A stretch of DNA of 30,589 bases from Patescibacteria group bacterium (GCA_018818445.1 JAHISC010000083.1:1-30589), one strand, 5' to 3'; positions 15,984 through 24,739 are shown, counted from the stretch's first letter. Notes: a model not told the origin generated them from the sequence alone. Made by a program: numbers and translations.

Positions 15984-16934
15984 TCAAGAGAGTTGCTCAA
16001 ATATCTTTTCAAGGGCAGTTCTGTCATTAGCTGTCATCAGCTCTTGCTTAAACTGTTTAATACCAGGAATACCTTTAAAATACCAAGCTAAATGTTTGCG
16101 GAATGTAGGGATAGATTGCAGACCATAATGCAGAATATGGAGATCAAGATGTTTATTGATAATCTCGATACGCTCTTGCATGGAAACAGTTTGAATAGCT
16201 CGGCCATTGATTTTATCTTCAATGTCTCTGAATATCCAAGGATTACCAAGTGCACCTCGGCCGATTAAGGCACCGTCACATTTCGTTTCCTCGATTGCAC
16301 TAAAAAAATCATCTGCCGAAGTAATATCACCATTGTACAAAACAGGAATGGAAACCGCTTTTTTTGCTTTTCGCACAACATCACGATTTGCTAGGCCAGT
16401 ATAGGCTTGAATTTTTGTTCGGCCGTGGATTGAGATTAAGTCAGCGCCGGCAGCTTCGATAATCTTTGCAAACTCGATGCATTCTTCTGGATTAGACCAA
16501 CCAGCTCGCATTTTCACAGAAACCGGAACAGTTACCACAGCTTTAACTGCTTTGACAATTTTTTCAGCTAAGGCAGAATCTTTCATTAAAGCTGCGCCAT
16601 TAAAATTTGAAGTTATTTTGTAGACGGGACATCCCATGTTGATATCAATACCTTCTGGTGAATTTTGTTCGACAATAATTTTTGCAGCCTCGGCCATAGT
16701 TGCTGGATCAGCACCAAAGATTTGTTGGATCAGCGGTCGTTCGTTTATATGAATTTCAGCCATGTTGAGAGTCTTTTTATTTTCTCTTACAACAGCTTCT
16801 GCGGATACCATCTCTCGCCAAACAATTGGTGATGCTAAGGATTTTACTATTCTACAAAAGGGCGAATCAGTCATATCCGCCATTGGTGCCAAACCAACAA
16901 TAGGTTTTGTGGATGAACTCCAAGAAAAGGTCAT
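15984..16934 (-). CDS. dusB: tRNA-dihydrouridine synthase (DusB-like)
   Basis: LAPMADMTD, IDINMGCP, KMRAG, IHGRT, NGDI, IGRGALGNPW. Confidence 0.92.
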   Translation of the reverse strand: MTFSWSSSTKPIVGLAPMADMTDSPFCRIVKSLASPIVWREMVSAEAVVRENKKTLNMAEIHINERPLIQQIFGADPATMAEAAKIIVEQNSPEGIDINMGCPVYKITSNFNGAALMKDSALAEKIVKAVKAVVTVPVSVKMRAGWSNPEECIEFAKIIEAAGADLISIHGRTKIQAYTGLANRDVVRKAKKAVSIPVLYNGDITSADDFFSAIEETKCDGALIGRGALGNPWIFRDIEDKINGRAIQTVSMQERIEIINKHLDLHILHYGLQSIPTFRKHLAWYFKGIPGIKQFKQELMTANDRTALEKIFEQLS

Positions 16935-17019
16935 AATGGCCGCATTGTTAGTTAATTTTATTCTATTGTCAATTCCTGAGGTTTACCGTATTATATCAAG
17001 GAATAAGTAAACTTTCATT

Positions 17020-17391
17020 ATGAAATTGAATTCAACGATTGGTTTTGTCTTGCTTGGCGTAGCCATGATGGCCGCGATCATTGTTTATGCGGTAATAAAA
17101 GGCAACGCACCATCGATTTATGACGATTTTGCTCAGTGTATTACTGATAAAGGTGGTCAGATGTACGGTGCCTATTGGTGTCATAATTGTGCAAATACTA
17201 AGAAACGATTTGGCAATGCTTTCGATAACATAAATTATATTGAGTGTTCATCTCCAGGGTCCAATACATTTGACTTGTGTCCTGAAATTGATGCAGTGCC
17301 AAAGTGGGTGCGTGAAGATGGAGAGTCTTTAGTTGGGGATGTTCCGTTTTTAAATCTATCAGAGTTTTACGAGTGTGAATTGCCGCAATAA
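17020..17391 (+). CDS. Membrane-anchored thioredoxin-fold protein (VKOR partner type)
   Basis: N-terminal TM, MYGAYWCHNC, YIECS, second Cys pair, VPKW; resembles the Trx domain of cyanobacterial VKOR-Trx fusions. Confidence 0.75.
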   Translation: MKLNSTIGFVLLGVAMMAAIIVYAVIKGNAPSIYDDFAQCITDKGGQMYGAYWCHNCANTKKRFGNAFDNINYIECSSPGSNTFDLCPEIDAVPKWVREDGESLVGDVPFLNLSEFYECELPQ

Positions 17392-17393
17392 AT

Positions 17394-17864
17394 ATGAATA
17401 AACAAAAAATCTTAACCATTGTTTTTCTCTTTGCAGCTGCAATTGGTGTTTTGGTTTCATCTTATTCTACTTGGGCTCACTACGATCCATCAGTACATGA
17501 GATTTGTAGCATTAATGACACTTTTAATTGCGACATCGTAAATAAGAGTGTTTATTCTGAAATTCTAGGAGTACCGGTTGCTCTGATGGGGTTGGTTGCT
17601 TATGTATTTTTCTTTGTTGGTTTGTTGGTTTATTTACGATCAAAAAATTCAACGCTCGAGAGCGTATTAAAGGCCGGAATGATTTTAGGCGTACTATTTA
17701 GTTTGTATCTCACCTTTATAGAAGCATTTGTTTTGTATACTTGGTGTATCCTTTGTTTAACGCAACAGTTAGCGATTATTGTGATGTTGATCTGTATGTT
17801 TATGCTTGCCGCTTCCGATAAGGTGCGACCAGTAGAAAAACAAGAAACATCAACAGATTTATAA
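17394..17864 (+). CDS. Vitamin K epoxide reductase (VKOR) family protein
   Basis: CSINDTFNCDIV loop cysteines, SEILGVPVA, WCILC CxxC, four TM segments. Confidence 0.88.
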   Translation: MNKQKILTIVFLFAAAIGVLVSSYSTWAHYDPSVHEICSINDTFNCDIVNKSVYSEILGVPVALMGLVAYVFFFVGLLVYLRSKNSTLESVLKAGMILGVLFSLYLTFIEAFVLYTWCILCLTQQLAIIVMLICMFMLAASDKVRPVEKQETSTDL

Positions 17865-17870
17865 ATTTTT

Positions 17871-18101
17871 ATGGAGAATCTATCTTTCAATGAACAGGAA
17901 TTTTTCGAAGAAGTTGTAGCTCGAGCGCTGGAAGAAGGTGTTGCTAATAAGGAAGCCTTTGATGAATATGTAGATCAGGCTGTTAGGGAACATGAAAGGT
18001 GGGGAGAATTGCATGATGACAATGATCTTGATGGTATAGTGACCCAGGTTCAAGCACGTTGGGGAGAATATCAAGAGATATTAGACAATAAAACAATTTA
18101 G
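17871..18101 (+). CDS. Small acidic hypothetical protein
   Basis: 76-aa ORF tightly packed between VKOR and the MBL gene. Confidence 0.65.
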   Translation: MENLSFNEQEFFEEVVARALEEGVANKEAFDEYVDQAVREHERWGELHDDNDLDGIVTQVQARWGEYQEILDNKTI

Positions 18102-18104
18102 TTT

Positions 18105-19478
18105 ATGCAGATCCTGTTTCTCGGAGGTGTTGATGAAGTGACAGGATCTTGTTTTTTGATTAAAACATCAAGGGGGAAACTACTGATTGACTGTGGCATG
18201 TTTCAAGGTGAGAAGGAAGAAGCTAAGCATAATTTTGATCAGTTTAGTTTTGATCCAAAGTCACTTGATGCTGTTTTGGTTACTCATGCGCATGTAGATC
18301 ACACTGGACGTTTGCCATTGCTTGTTAAGGAAGGTTTTGGAGGGCTAGTTTATTTCACTCCACCCACGAAAACAGTTGCCATGTTGATTTTGGAAGATGC
18401 TCAACGAGTCATGGCAGAAAATGCGGAAAAGCACGGGGACAAAATTCTTTATTTACCAGAAGATATTAGTCGACTCAAGACTAGGTCGCGTGGAATTAAC
18501 TATCACACTGAATTTGAACCAATCCCTGGTATCAAAGCCATGTTTCATAATGCTGGGCATATTTTAGGTTCAGCTTATTTAAGTTTAGATATTCCGGCTG
18601 AGGAGATGACATCTGGCCAAGCAACACGATTTATTTTTAGCGGTGATATTGGAAATGACGCTGTGCCAATTTTGCCAGAGACTGAGCCAATTGATCACGC
18701 TGATTACGTTATAGTTGAATCAACTTATGGTAATCGTGAGCATGAACCAGTCGCTGTTCGGCAAGAAAAGTTACAAGAAATGATCAGCAAAGTCATTGGC
18801 CGAGGCGGCAGTCTTTTAATTCCGGCTTTTTCTGTTGAACGAACGCAAGAGCTTTTGTATGCTTTGGACGAATTATTTGATCAAAAGAAATTACCTAAAG
18901 TACCTATTTATCTCGACAGTCCATTAGCGATTCATACAACTGAGGCATACAGACAATATAAAGATTACCTTCAATTTGATAGGAAGATCTTATCCAGTCC
19001 TGATGCTGATTTTTTCTCTTTCCCAAATTTAAAGTTGACACTAACACAGCAAGAATCAAAAACGATCAATAATGACCACCGTCCGAAAATAATTATTGCC
19101 GGAAGCGGAATGATGACTGGAGGTAGGATCTTACATCATTTAAAACGCTATCTTAATGACGAAAAGAGTGGCTTGCTCATTATTGGTTATCAGGCAGAGG
19201 GTACGCTTGGTCGGCGGATTTTTGACGGTGCTTCCAAGGTAATGATTTATGGTGATGAAGTAGACGTGCGAGCCAGTGTTGAGGCAATCGGAGCATTCTC
19301 CGCTCATGGTGATAGAAATAAATTGGCACGTTGGTTAGTTCCGAAGAGTGGGGAAGTGAAGAAGATTTTTTTGGTCCATGGTGAAGAAGTCGTAAAAGTA
19401 GATTTCAAATCATTTTTACAAGACAAAGTTAGCTCAGAGGTTATTATCCCGAAATTCGCCGAGAATTTTGAGTTTTAG
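18105..19478 (+). CDS. Metallo-beta-lactamase/beta-CASP ribonuclease (YSH1/TTHA0252-like)
   Basis: VTGSC, IDCG, THAHVDHTG, AGHILGS, SGDIG, ESTYG, FSAHGD, LVHGE. Confidence 0.92.
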   Translation: MQILFLGGVDEVTGSCFLIKTSRGKLLIDCGMFQGEKEEAKHNFDQFSFDPKSLDAVLVTHAHVDHTGRLPLLVKEGFGGLVYFTPPTKTVAMLILEDAQRVMAENAEKHGDKILYLPEDISRLKTRSRGINYHTEFEPIPGIKAMFHNAGHILGSAYLSLDIPAEEMTSGQATRFIFSGDIGNDAVPILPETEPIDHADYVIVESTYGNREHEPVAVRQEKLQEMISKVIGRGGSLLIPAFSVERTQELLYALDELFDQKKLPKVPIYLDSPLAIHTTEAYRQYKDYLQFDRKILSSPDADFFSFPNLKLTLTQQESKTINNDHRPKIIIAGSGMMTGGRILHHLKRYLNDEKSGLLIIGYQAEGTLGRRIFDGASKVMIYGDEVDVRASVEAIGAFSAHGDRNKLARWLVPKSGEVKKIFLVHGEEVVKVDFKSFLQDKVSSEVIIPKFAENFEF

Positions 19479-19572
19479 TTAGAGAATTTTCTAATCTTAG
19501 CCAAGCGGTTGTTACATCTATGTAATTTTGGCTATATTCTTGTACCAAAATTAAATCAAAGCTTATAAATCA

Positions 19573-19682
19573 AAGCTTAGCTTTGGAAAGCTTAGCTTCC
19601 TGTGGATAAGGCATTGACAGAGTTTGCTGAAAACTTTTTTTCAAACTAAGTTTGCAGTAAACTAAGTTTGCTGTGGATAAGT
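19573..19682. promoter_or_regulatory. Two composite units: (11-bp palindrome)x2 followed by a DnaA box
   Basis: AAGCTTAGCTT 19573 and 19588, TGTGGATAA 19601; AAACTAAGTTT 19643 and 19659, TGTGGATAA 19672. Confidence 0.8.
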
Positions 19683-19683
19683 A

Positions 19684-20346
19684 TTAGAAACAAACATCAA
19701 GCGTTTGACAGGCTGCTGTGTAAAATTCAGAAGCGGAGGAGGAATTTGTATCAAAATTTATGGTTTCTGGGTTATGTGGAGACAATGTTGAGAGTGTAAT
19801 AGCCTTATTTTCGAGAACTTCGGCTATTTCATCAGCTTCTGATACGTAGACATTAATTGTTCCAGAACTGTTTGCGAGATCAATTCGATCTAACCAGCCG
19901 TAGTGAACAATAGATGTAAGTCCATTTATATTTGTTTGGATATCTCGCGTAAATACGCTTAAATCACCTTTAACAATTATTCTGCCTTGAATAAGCTGAA
20001 TTGTTTCCCGGCCTTCTCGACCATCGAGAATTTTTACTTCTGTGTTTTCGTCTAGAATAATCATTGAATCACCAAGATGAAGCAGCAAAGGAATTTCAAA
20101 GTTTGAAGCCATTTGTCCAGAATCACCATGAACAAAAAACGGCTGAATCAGTTCACTGTTTGGCATAGTGCTAACAATTTCGCCACGAGAAAATGTCCAA
20201 GGTTTGACATTCGTATATAACCAAGCTTCCTGATGCTTTTGGTATCCCTCGCCGCCAGCCCAGCGGTAGCCAACACGGTTGCCAACAAGCAACAGTGTGG
20301 AAAGAATAGCTACGAAGAAAATAAGTAGCGTGGTAAACTTAGGCAT
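19684..20346 (-). CDS. Membrane-anchored hypothetical protein with FecR-like beta domain
   Basis: N-terminal hydrophobic segment; LGDSMIILDENTEVKI...IQLIQGRI resembles FecR; start ATG 20346 or GTG 20358. Confidence 0.55.
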   Translation of the reverse strand: MPKFTTLLIFFVAILSTLLLVGNRVGYRWAGGEGYQKHQEAWLYTNVKPWTFSRGEIVSTMPNSELIQPFFVHGDSGQMASNFEIPLLLHLGDSMIILDENTEVKILDGREGRETIQLIQGRIIVKGDLSVFTRDIQTNINGLTSIVHYGWLDRIDLANSSGTINVYVSEADEIAEVLENKAITLSTLSPHNPETINFDTNSSSASEFYTAACQTLDVCF

Positions 20347-20369
20347 AGATAATTTCACTAATGCTTTTT

Positions 20370-20630
20370 ATGGCTTTACTAGAATTCTTTGGCGAAACCT
20401 GTCCTCATTGTATTGAGATGCATCCGTTAGTAGAAAAACTTGAGAAAGAGTTAGGTGTGCAGTTTGAGAAAAATGAGGTCTGGAATAATGAAGAAAATGC
20501 AGCAAAAATGTCAGAGTATGATAAGGGCATCTGTGGTGGCGTGCCATTTTTCTTTAATACAGAAACTAAAGAGCATATTTGTGGCGCTACCAGTTACGAG
20601 AATCTTAAAAAGTGGGTCAAAGGCGAATAA
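20370..20630 (+). CDS. Small thioredoxin/glutaredoxin-fold protein
   Basis: FFGETCPHC, GGVPFF; start ATG 20370 or 20361. Confidence 0.8.
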   Translation: MALLEFFGETCPHCIEMHPLVEKLEKELGVQFEKNEVWNNEENAAKMSEYDKGICGGVPFFFNTETKEHICGATSYENLKKWVKGE

Positions 20631-21485
20631 TTATATTCTATCAACCCAATGTTTATCTACTTCGACATTAAGCTCGAGGTAGATTTTTCTTTGAGTCACT
20701 GTTTCTAATTCATTGCGAGTAGCTTGACCAATTTCTTTAATTCCACGTCCGCCCTTGCCAATGATCATTCTTTTATAGCGCTCCTCGGTAGTAAAGATAG
20801 TGGCGGAAATATATAGAGTACCACTTTTGCGTTCCTCAATTTCATCAACAACTACGTGCACTGTATAAGGTACTTCATCGCGCAGACGAAGGAAAAGTTT
20901 TTCTCGGATGAGTTCTGAAAGTTGTTCTTCTTTACTGATATTGGAAACCTGGTGAGCCGGATAAAGAAATTCGCCCTCTGGAAGTTCATTGAAAATCCAT
21001 CGCTTTAATCGATCGAGGTTGCTGCCGTTTAATGCAGATACTTCTATTGCTTCGTCAAAACCATGCTGGTCGACCAGATCGCGATAAAATTCCAAATAGC
21101 GTTTGGATTTCTTGTTATCAATTTTATTAATGACTAAAAGTTTTGGTTTAGTAGATAGCTCAATTAATTTAAGAGTTTGCTTTTCTTCACTGCCAATTGC
21201 TCGCGTAGGATCGACTACATAAAGAATAACATCAATATCCTGCAGCGAGTCGTGAACATAACGCATTAATTTTTTCGTTAGTTCGTCTTTAGCCTTTTGC
21301 ATGATGCCTGGAGTATCTACAAAAACTGCCTGACCTTCATCGGACGTCAAAACTCCTTGCAACGGTTGACGCGTTGTTTGAGGTTTTGGAGTAGTTATTG
21401 CGACCTTAGTACCAACGAGGGCATTCAACAAAGTTGATTTACCAACGTTAGAACGCCCGATCATGACGACAAATCCTGATTTCAT
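20631..21485 (-). CDS. era: GTPase Era
   Basis: GRSNVGKST, PQTTR, DTPG, NKID, SAL, EVPY, KH domain IIGKGG. Confidence 0.96.
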   Translation of the reverse strand: MKSGFVVMIGRSNVGKSTLLNALVGTKVAITTPKPQTTRQPLQGVLTSDEGQAVFVDTPGIMQKAKDELTKKLMRYVHDSLQDIDVILYVVDPTRAIGSEEKQTLKLIELSTKPKLLVINKIDNKKSKRYLEFYRDLVDQHGFDEAIEVSALNGSNLDRLKRWIFNELPEGEFLYPAHQVSNISKEEQLSELIREKLFLRLRDEVPYTVHVVVDEIEERKSGTLYISATIFTTEERYKRMIIGKGGRGIKEIGQATRNELETVTQRKIYLELNVEVDKHWVDRI

Positions 21486-21501
21486 ATGATAGAATACTAA
21501 C

Positions 21502-22197
21502 ATGACTAGCCAAAGAAAACCAAATTTTATCTCTTTTTTCCCTCACGGCCTCTTTGTTGAAGCACTTTTGAAGAAAAGACCAGTAAAACGCGCTTTTTGC
21601 AGAGGTGAGGAAGGAGAGTTTGTTTTTCATCTCCTAGCTGATACTGATTTGGCAGAAATTCATGTTGCAGAACCTGACCACGAATCCATTGTAACTCTTC
21701 AATTAAAGCTTGATTTACTTCGACGATTTACCTGGAATGAATTTGCTGAGTTTTTTGGTGGCAAGAGTATTCACGAAAGACTGGAGAAATCAGAACGTTG
21801 GTTTGCGGATAGTTTTAGTTGGCATCGCAAGCGTCGTACGCACGCCAGATATCTTCGTGACATCGAAAGTTTGCATCGACTAAAAAAACGTTTATCGTTC
21901 CTAACACTGCACGGTGAAGATTATTTTCATTCTTTAGCAAACTATTTACCCAAGTCATTTGATTTAATTTATTTAGGCAGACTTTTAGATGAACCAGCGC
22001 TCCTCAAACATGAAAGTTGGACAGAAGCAATTCGTTCGCGTTTGAGCGAGAACGGCAGGTTAGTTCTTTTGACCGATCAAGATGAAGATTTTGTTGCGGA
22101 TAGAATGCGAGCTTGTGGATTTCAGATCGATGAACGATATAATTTTGATCCACAGATTAGCGCCCTTGTATTTTCTTCTATGTTAGTAGAAGATTGA
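21502..22197 (+). CDS. Hypothetical protein resembling a shortened DUF3419/BtaA SAM-fold protein
   Basis: LQLKLDLLRRFTWNEFAEFFG and RLKKRLSFLTLHGED...SFDLIYL...NGRLVL recall DUF3419; recognised by eye only. Confidence 0.45.
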   Translation: MTSQRKPNFISFFPHGLFVEALLKKRPVKRAFCRGEEGEFVFHLLADTDLAEIHVAEPDHESIVTLQLKLDLLRRFTWNEFAEFFGGKSIHERLEKSERWFADSFSWHRKRRTHARYLRDIESLHRLKKRLSFLTLHGEDYFHSLANYLPKSFDLIYLGRLLDEPALLKHESWTEAIRSRLSENGRLVLLTDQDEDFVADRMRACGFQIDERYNFDPQISALVFSSMLVED

Positions 22198-22202
22198 TTA
22201 GT

Positions 22203-22709
22203 ATGAAAGAAATCGAAGCAAAAATTTTAGACATTGATGTCACCGATACCATGAGCAGAATTCTGGAGGCCGGAGCAGAGAAGACGTTCGATGGAAATGT
22301 TGACGTTGTTTTTTATGATTATCCTGACGATAAACTCCGATCTGAAGGCAGACGATTACGTTTAAGGTCGTTTGGTGATCGCGTGGAGCTAACTTATAAA
22401 AAAAATCTTAGCAAGGAAACCGTTAAGATCGCTGAGGAGCTTCAAGTTAATGTTTCTAACTTTGATGAAACAAAACAGATCTTGGAAGGTATAGGTTTGG
22501 TCCCAGTGTATAGCTATACTAAGCACAGAGTTTCATTTTGTATTAAAGATGCTTGTTTTGAAGTCGATTCAATTCCAGGTTGCCCACCATTTTTGGAAAT
22601 CGAAGCAGTTACAGAGGAAAAAGTCTTCGAATGGGTGAAAAAGTTGGGCTTTAGTGCCGAAAGTGCGCTTCCTTGGTCTGGAAACGAAGTGATTGAATAT
22701 TATTCATAA
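22203..22709 (+). CDS. CYTH-domain protein (class IV adenylate cyclase/triphosphatase, CyaB-like)
   Basis: KEIEAK ExExK motif, LRLR, LTYK, KHRVSF, FLEIE. Confidence 0.88.
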   Translation: MKEIEAKILDIDVTDTMSRILEAGAEKTFDGNVDVVFYDYPDDKLRSEGRRLRLRSFGDRVELTYKKNLSKETVKIAEELQVNVSNFDETKQILEGIGLVPVYSYTKHRVSFCIKDACFEVDSIPGCPPFLEIEAVTEEKVFEWVKKLGFSAESALPWSGNEVIEYYS

Positions 22710-22790
22710 CCCGGTTTAGACAAGGCACAGGCTACCCTTTATTATTTTTAATAGTTCGTGTATACTTCTGCACGAATTATTTATTTCAAT

Positions 22791-24170
22791 ATGTCTAAGA
22801 GAAAACAAGTGTATATTTACGCCCTGATCTTACTAGGTCTTGTCGGCGTACCAGTGGCAGTTTTTGCCGAAGAAGCAGCTGAAGGAGGTCATGGAGGCTT
22901 TGGAATGACCTTTCTTTGGATCGCGGTTATCTTGATTGCGGCTAAGCTTTCAAGTTTGGTTGAGAAATTTGGTCAGCCATCAGTGCTTGGTGAGTTGGTC
23001 ATGGGTGTTATTTTAGGAAACCTAGTTTTGATTGGTATCGATCTTTTTGAGCCAATCAAACATGACTCAATTATTGAGTTCTTAGCTGAACTTGGTGTAG
23101 TCATTCTTCTTTTCCAAATTGGATTAGAATCAAATATCAAGGAAATGAAAAAGGTAGGTGTAAATGCTTTCTTGGTAGCAATGATTGGTGTTGTTCTGCC
23201 ATTTGTTCTTGGAACGTACATCGTTGGTCCTTGGCTTTTACCAGGCCTTGATTCAACAGCTTATCTCTTCTTAGGAGCTTCGCTAACAGCTACGTCTGTA
23301 GGAATTACTGCTCGTGTTTTCCAGGAACTTAAGAAATTACAAATCAGGGAAGCTCAAATAGTTCTTGGCGCCGCTGTTATTGATGACGTTTTAGGACTAA
23401 TTATCTTGGCCGTTGTTTCAGCCATTGCTACAGGCGGTGCTGTGACAGCTGGAGTAATAGGAGTGATCACTGCAAAAGCTATTCTTTTCTTGGTTGGCGC
23501 GATTGTTCTAGGACAATTAGCTGCTCCATTCCTCAGTAAGTATTTGGCAAAAATTCAGGCTGGCGTGGGTATGAAATTCACCTTAGCTATTGCTTTTGCT
23601 TTGCTTTTTGCCTGGGGAGCTTCGGAAATTGGTTTGGCTGCTATTGTCGGAGCTTTTGCTGCCGGTTTGGTGCTTGACCCTGTTCATTTCCGTTATTTCA
23701 AAGATGCAAAAGTTGTTCGTGACGTTAAGAAGGCTCTAAAAGACGCGGATGCCCAGGACAAGGTTGTGTCTGAGGTTTCCAAAGCAATTGAGGAGCATGC
23801 TCATCGTCACATTGAAGATTTGATTGAGCCAGTTTCATTTTTCTTAGTTCCAATCTTCTTTGTGTTTACTGGTATGGCTGTTAATCTGGAGACAATGTTT
23901 GATCCAAAGATTTTAGGCGTGGCTCTAGCCATCACTGTAGTTGCTGTATTTGGAAAGGTCTTAGCAGGAGTTGCAGCAGGGAAGGTAAATAAGGTATTGG
24001 TAGGCTTTGGAATGGTGCCGCGTGGTGAAGTTGGATTGATTTTTGCTGCTATTGGTAAAGGTCTTGGTGTTGTTTCGGATGAAGTTTTCTCAATCATTGT
24101 GATAATGGTGATTTTGACCACTTTGATGACCCCACCGATTCTAGTTGCACTACTTAAGAGACAAAAATAA
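22791..24170 (+). CDS. Cation:proton antiporter (CPA2, NapA/KefB-like)
   Basis: QPSVLGE, LFQIGLES, ATSVGIT, AAVIDDVLG, MVPRGEV; many TM segments. Confidence 0.92.
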   Translation: MSKRKQVYIYALILLGLVGVPVAVFAEEAAEGGHGGFGMTFLWIAVILIAAKLSSLVEKFGQPSVLGELVMGVILGNLVLIGIDLFEPIKHDSIIEFLAELGVVILLFQIGLESNIKEMKKVGVNAFLVAMIGVVLPFVLGTYIVGPWLLPGLDSTAYLFLGASLTATSVGITARVFQELKKLQIREAQIVLGAAVIDDVLGLIILAVVSAIATGGAVTAGVIGVITAKAILFLVGAIVLGQLAAPFLSKYLAKIQAGVGMKFTLAIAFALLFAWGASEIGLAAIVGAFAAGLVLDPVHFRYFKDAKVVRDVKKALKDADAQDKVVSEVSKAIEEHAHRHIEDLIEPVSFFLVPIFFVFTGMAVNLETMFDPKILGVALAITVVAVFGKVLAGVAAGKVNKVLVGFGMVPRGEVGLIFAAIGKGLGVVSDEVFSIIVIMVILTTLMTPPILVALLKRQK

Positions 24171-24184
24171 GGATGCGAGGTAAG

Positions 24185-24214
24185 ATAAGGGTGTTAATCG
24201 CCCTTATTTTATTT
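24185..24214 (+). terminator. Intrinsic terminator
   Basis: ATAAGGGTG-TTAAT-CGCCCTTAT followed by a T-rich tract. Confidence 0.7.
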
Positions 24215-24215
24215 T

Positions 24216-24737
24216 ATGAAAATAAACGGTTTATATCTTCTTGGTATAGTTTTGGTCGTTGCTGCTATGGTCATTACAGTGTTTTGGATTAAAAGCGCGC
24301 AAGAAAGAGTCGGATTAACAACTACTGTTGGTGAAGAAGATTTATATCTTGATCGAGACTTAGAGGAAGCAATTTTATCAACTGAAAAAGAAATTGATAC
24401 CGCGACATTGGGCGATGCAGTTTATGTGGATAAAATAATGTTTAATTATGGCGAACCTGCCGGCAATAATCTTTGGAAGTACTCAGGAGTAATATTTATA
24501 GTCAACGAGCAAAGCATTGGTATCAAAGATGCTAAGATTTCTATTGAAATAAGAACATCGCTCGAAACCGAGAGATTGACTCTTATTACCGACGAATTTG
24601 GAAAGGTGGAGTTTGATGTTGAGGTTGAAAATGGTTCAGGTGAGTGGTTTGTGGAGATTGTGGATATTTTGGGTGATGGTTTGCATTATGCTCCAGAATT
24701 GAATAACATTCGTGTATACAATGGAATCAACCAATAA
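24216..24737 (+). CDS. Membrane-anchored hypothetical protein with possible Ig-like domain
   Basis: N-terminal TM; IGIKDAKISIEI...ITDEFGKVEF beta-sandwich-like segment. Confidence 0.6.
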   Translation: MKINGLYLLGIVLVVAAMVITVFWIKSAQERVGLTTTVGEEDLYLDRDLEEAILSTEKEIDTATLGDAVYVDKIMFNYGEPAGNNLWKYSGVIFIVNEQSIGIKDAKISIEIRTSLETERLTLITDEFGKVEFDVEVENGSGEWFVEIVDILGDGLHYAPELNNIRVYNGINQ

Positions 24738-24739
24738 AT

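Noticed and set aside
19479-19683. Declaring this region oriC
   Set aside because: Only two perfect boxes, no clear DnaA-trio or unwinding element, no dnaA/dnaN nearby, and skew cannot be computed here.
24425-24433. Perfect DnaA box TGTGGATAA
   Set aside because: Inside a CDS (Tyr-Val-Asp-Lys codons) without the adjacent 11-mer; plausibly chance.
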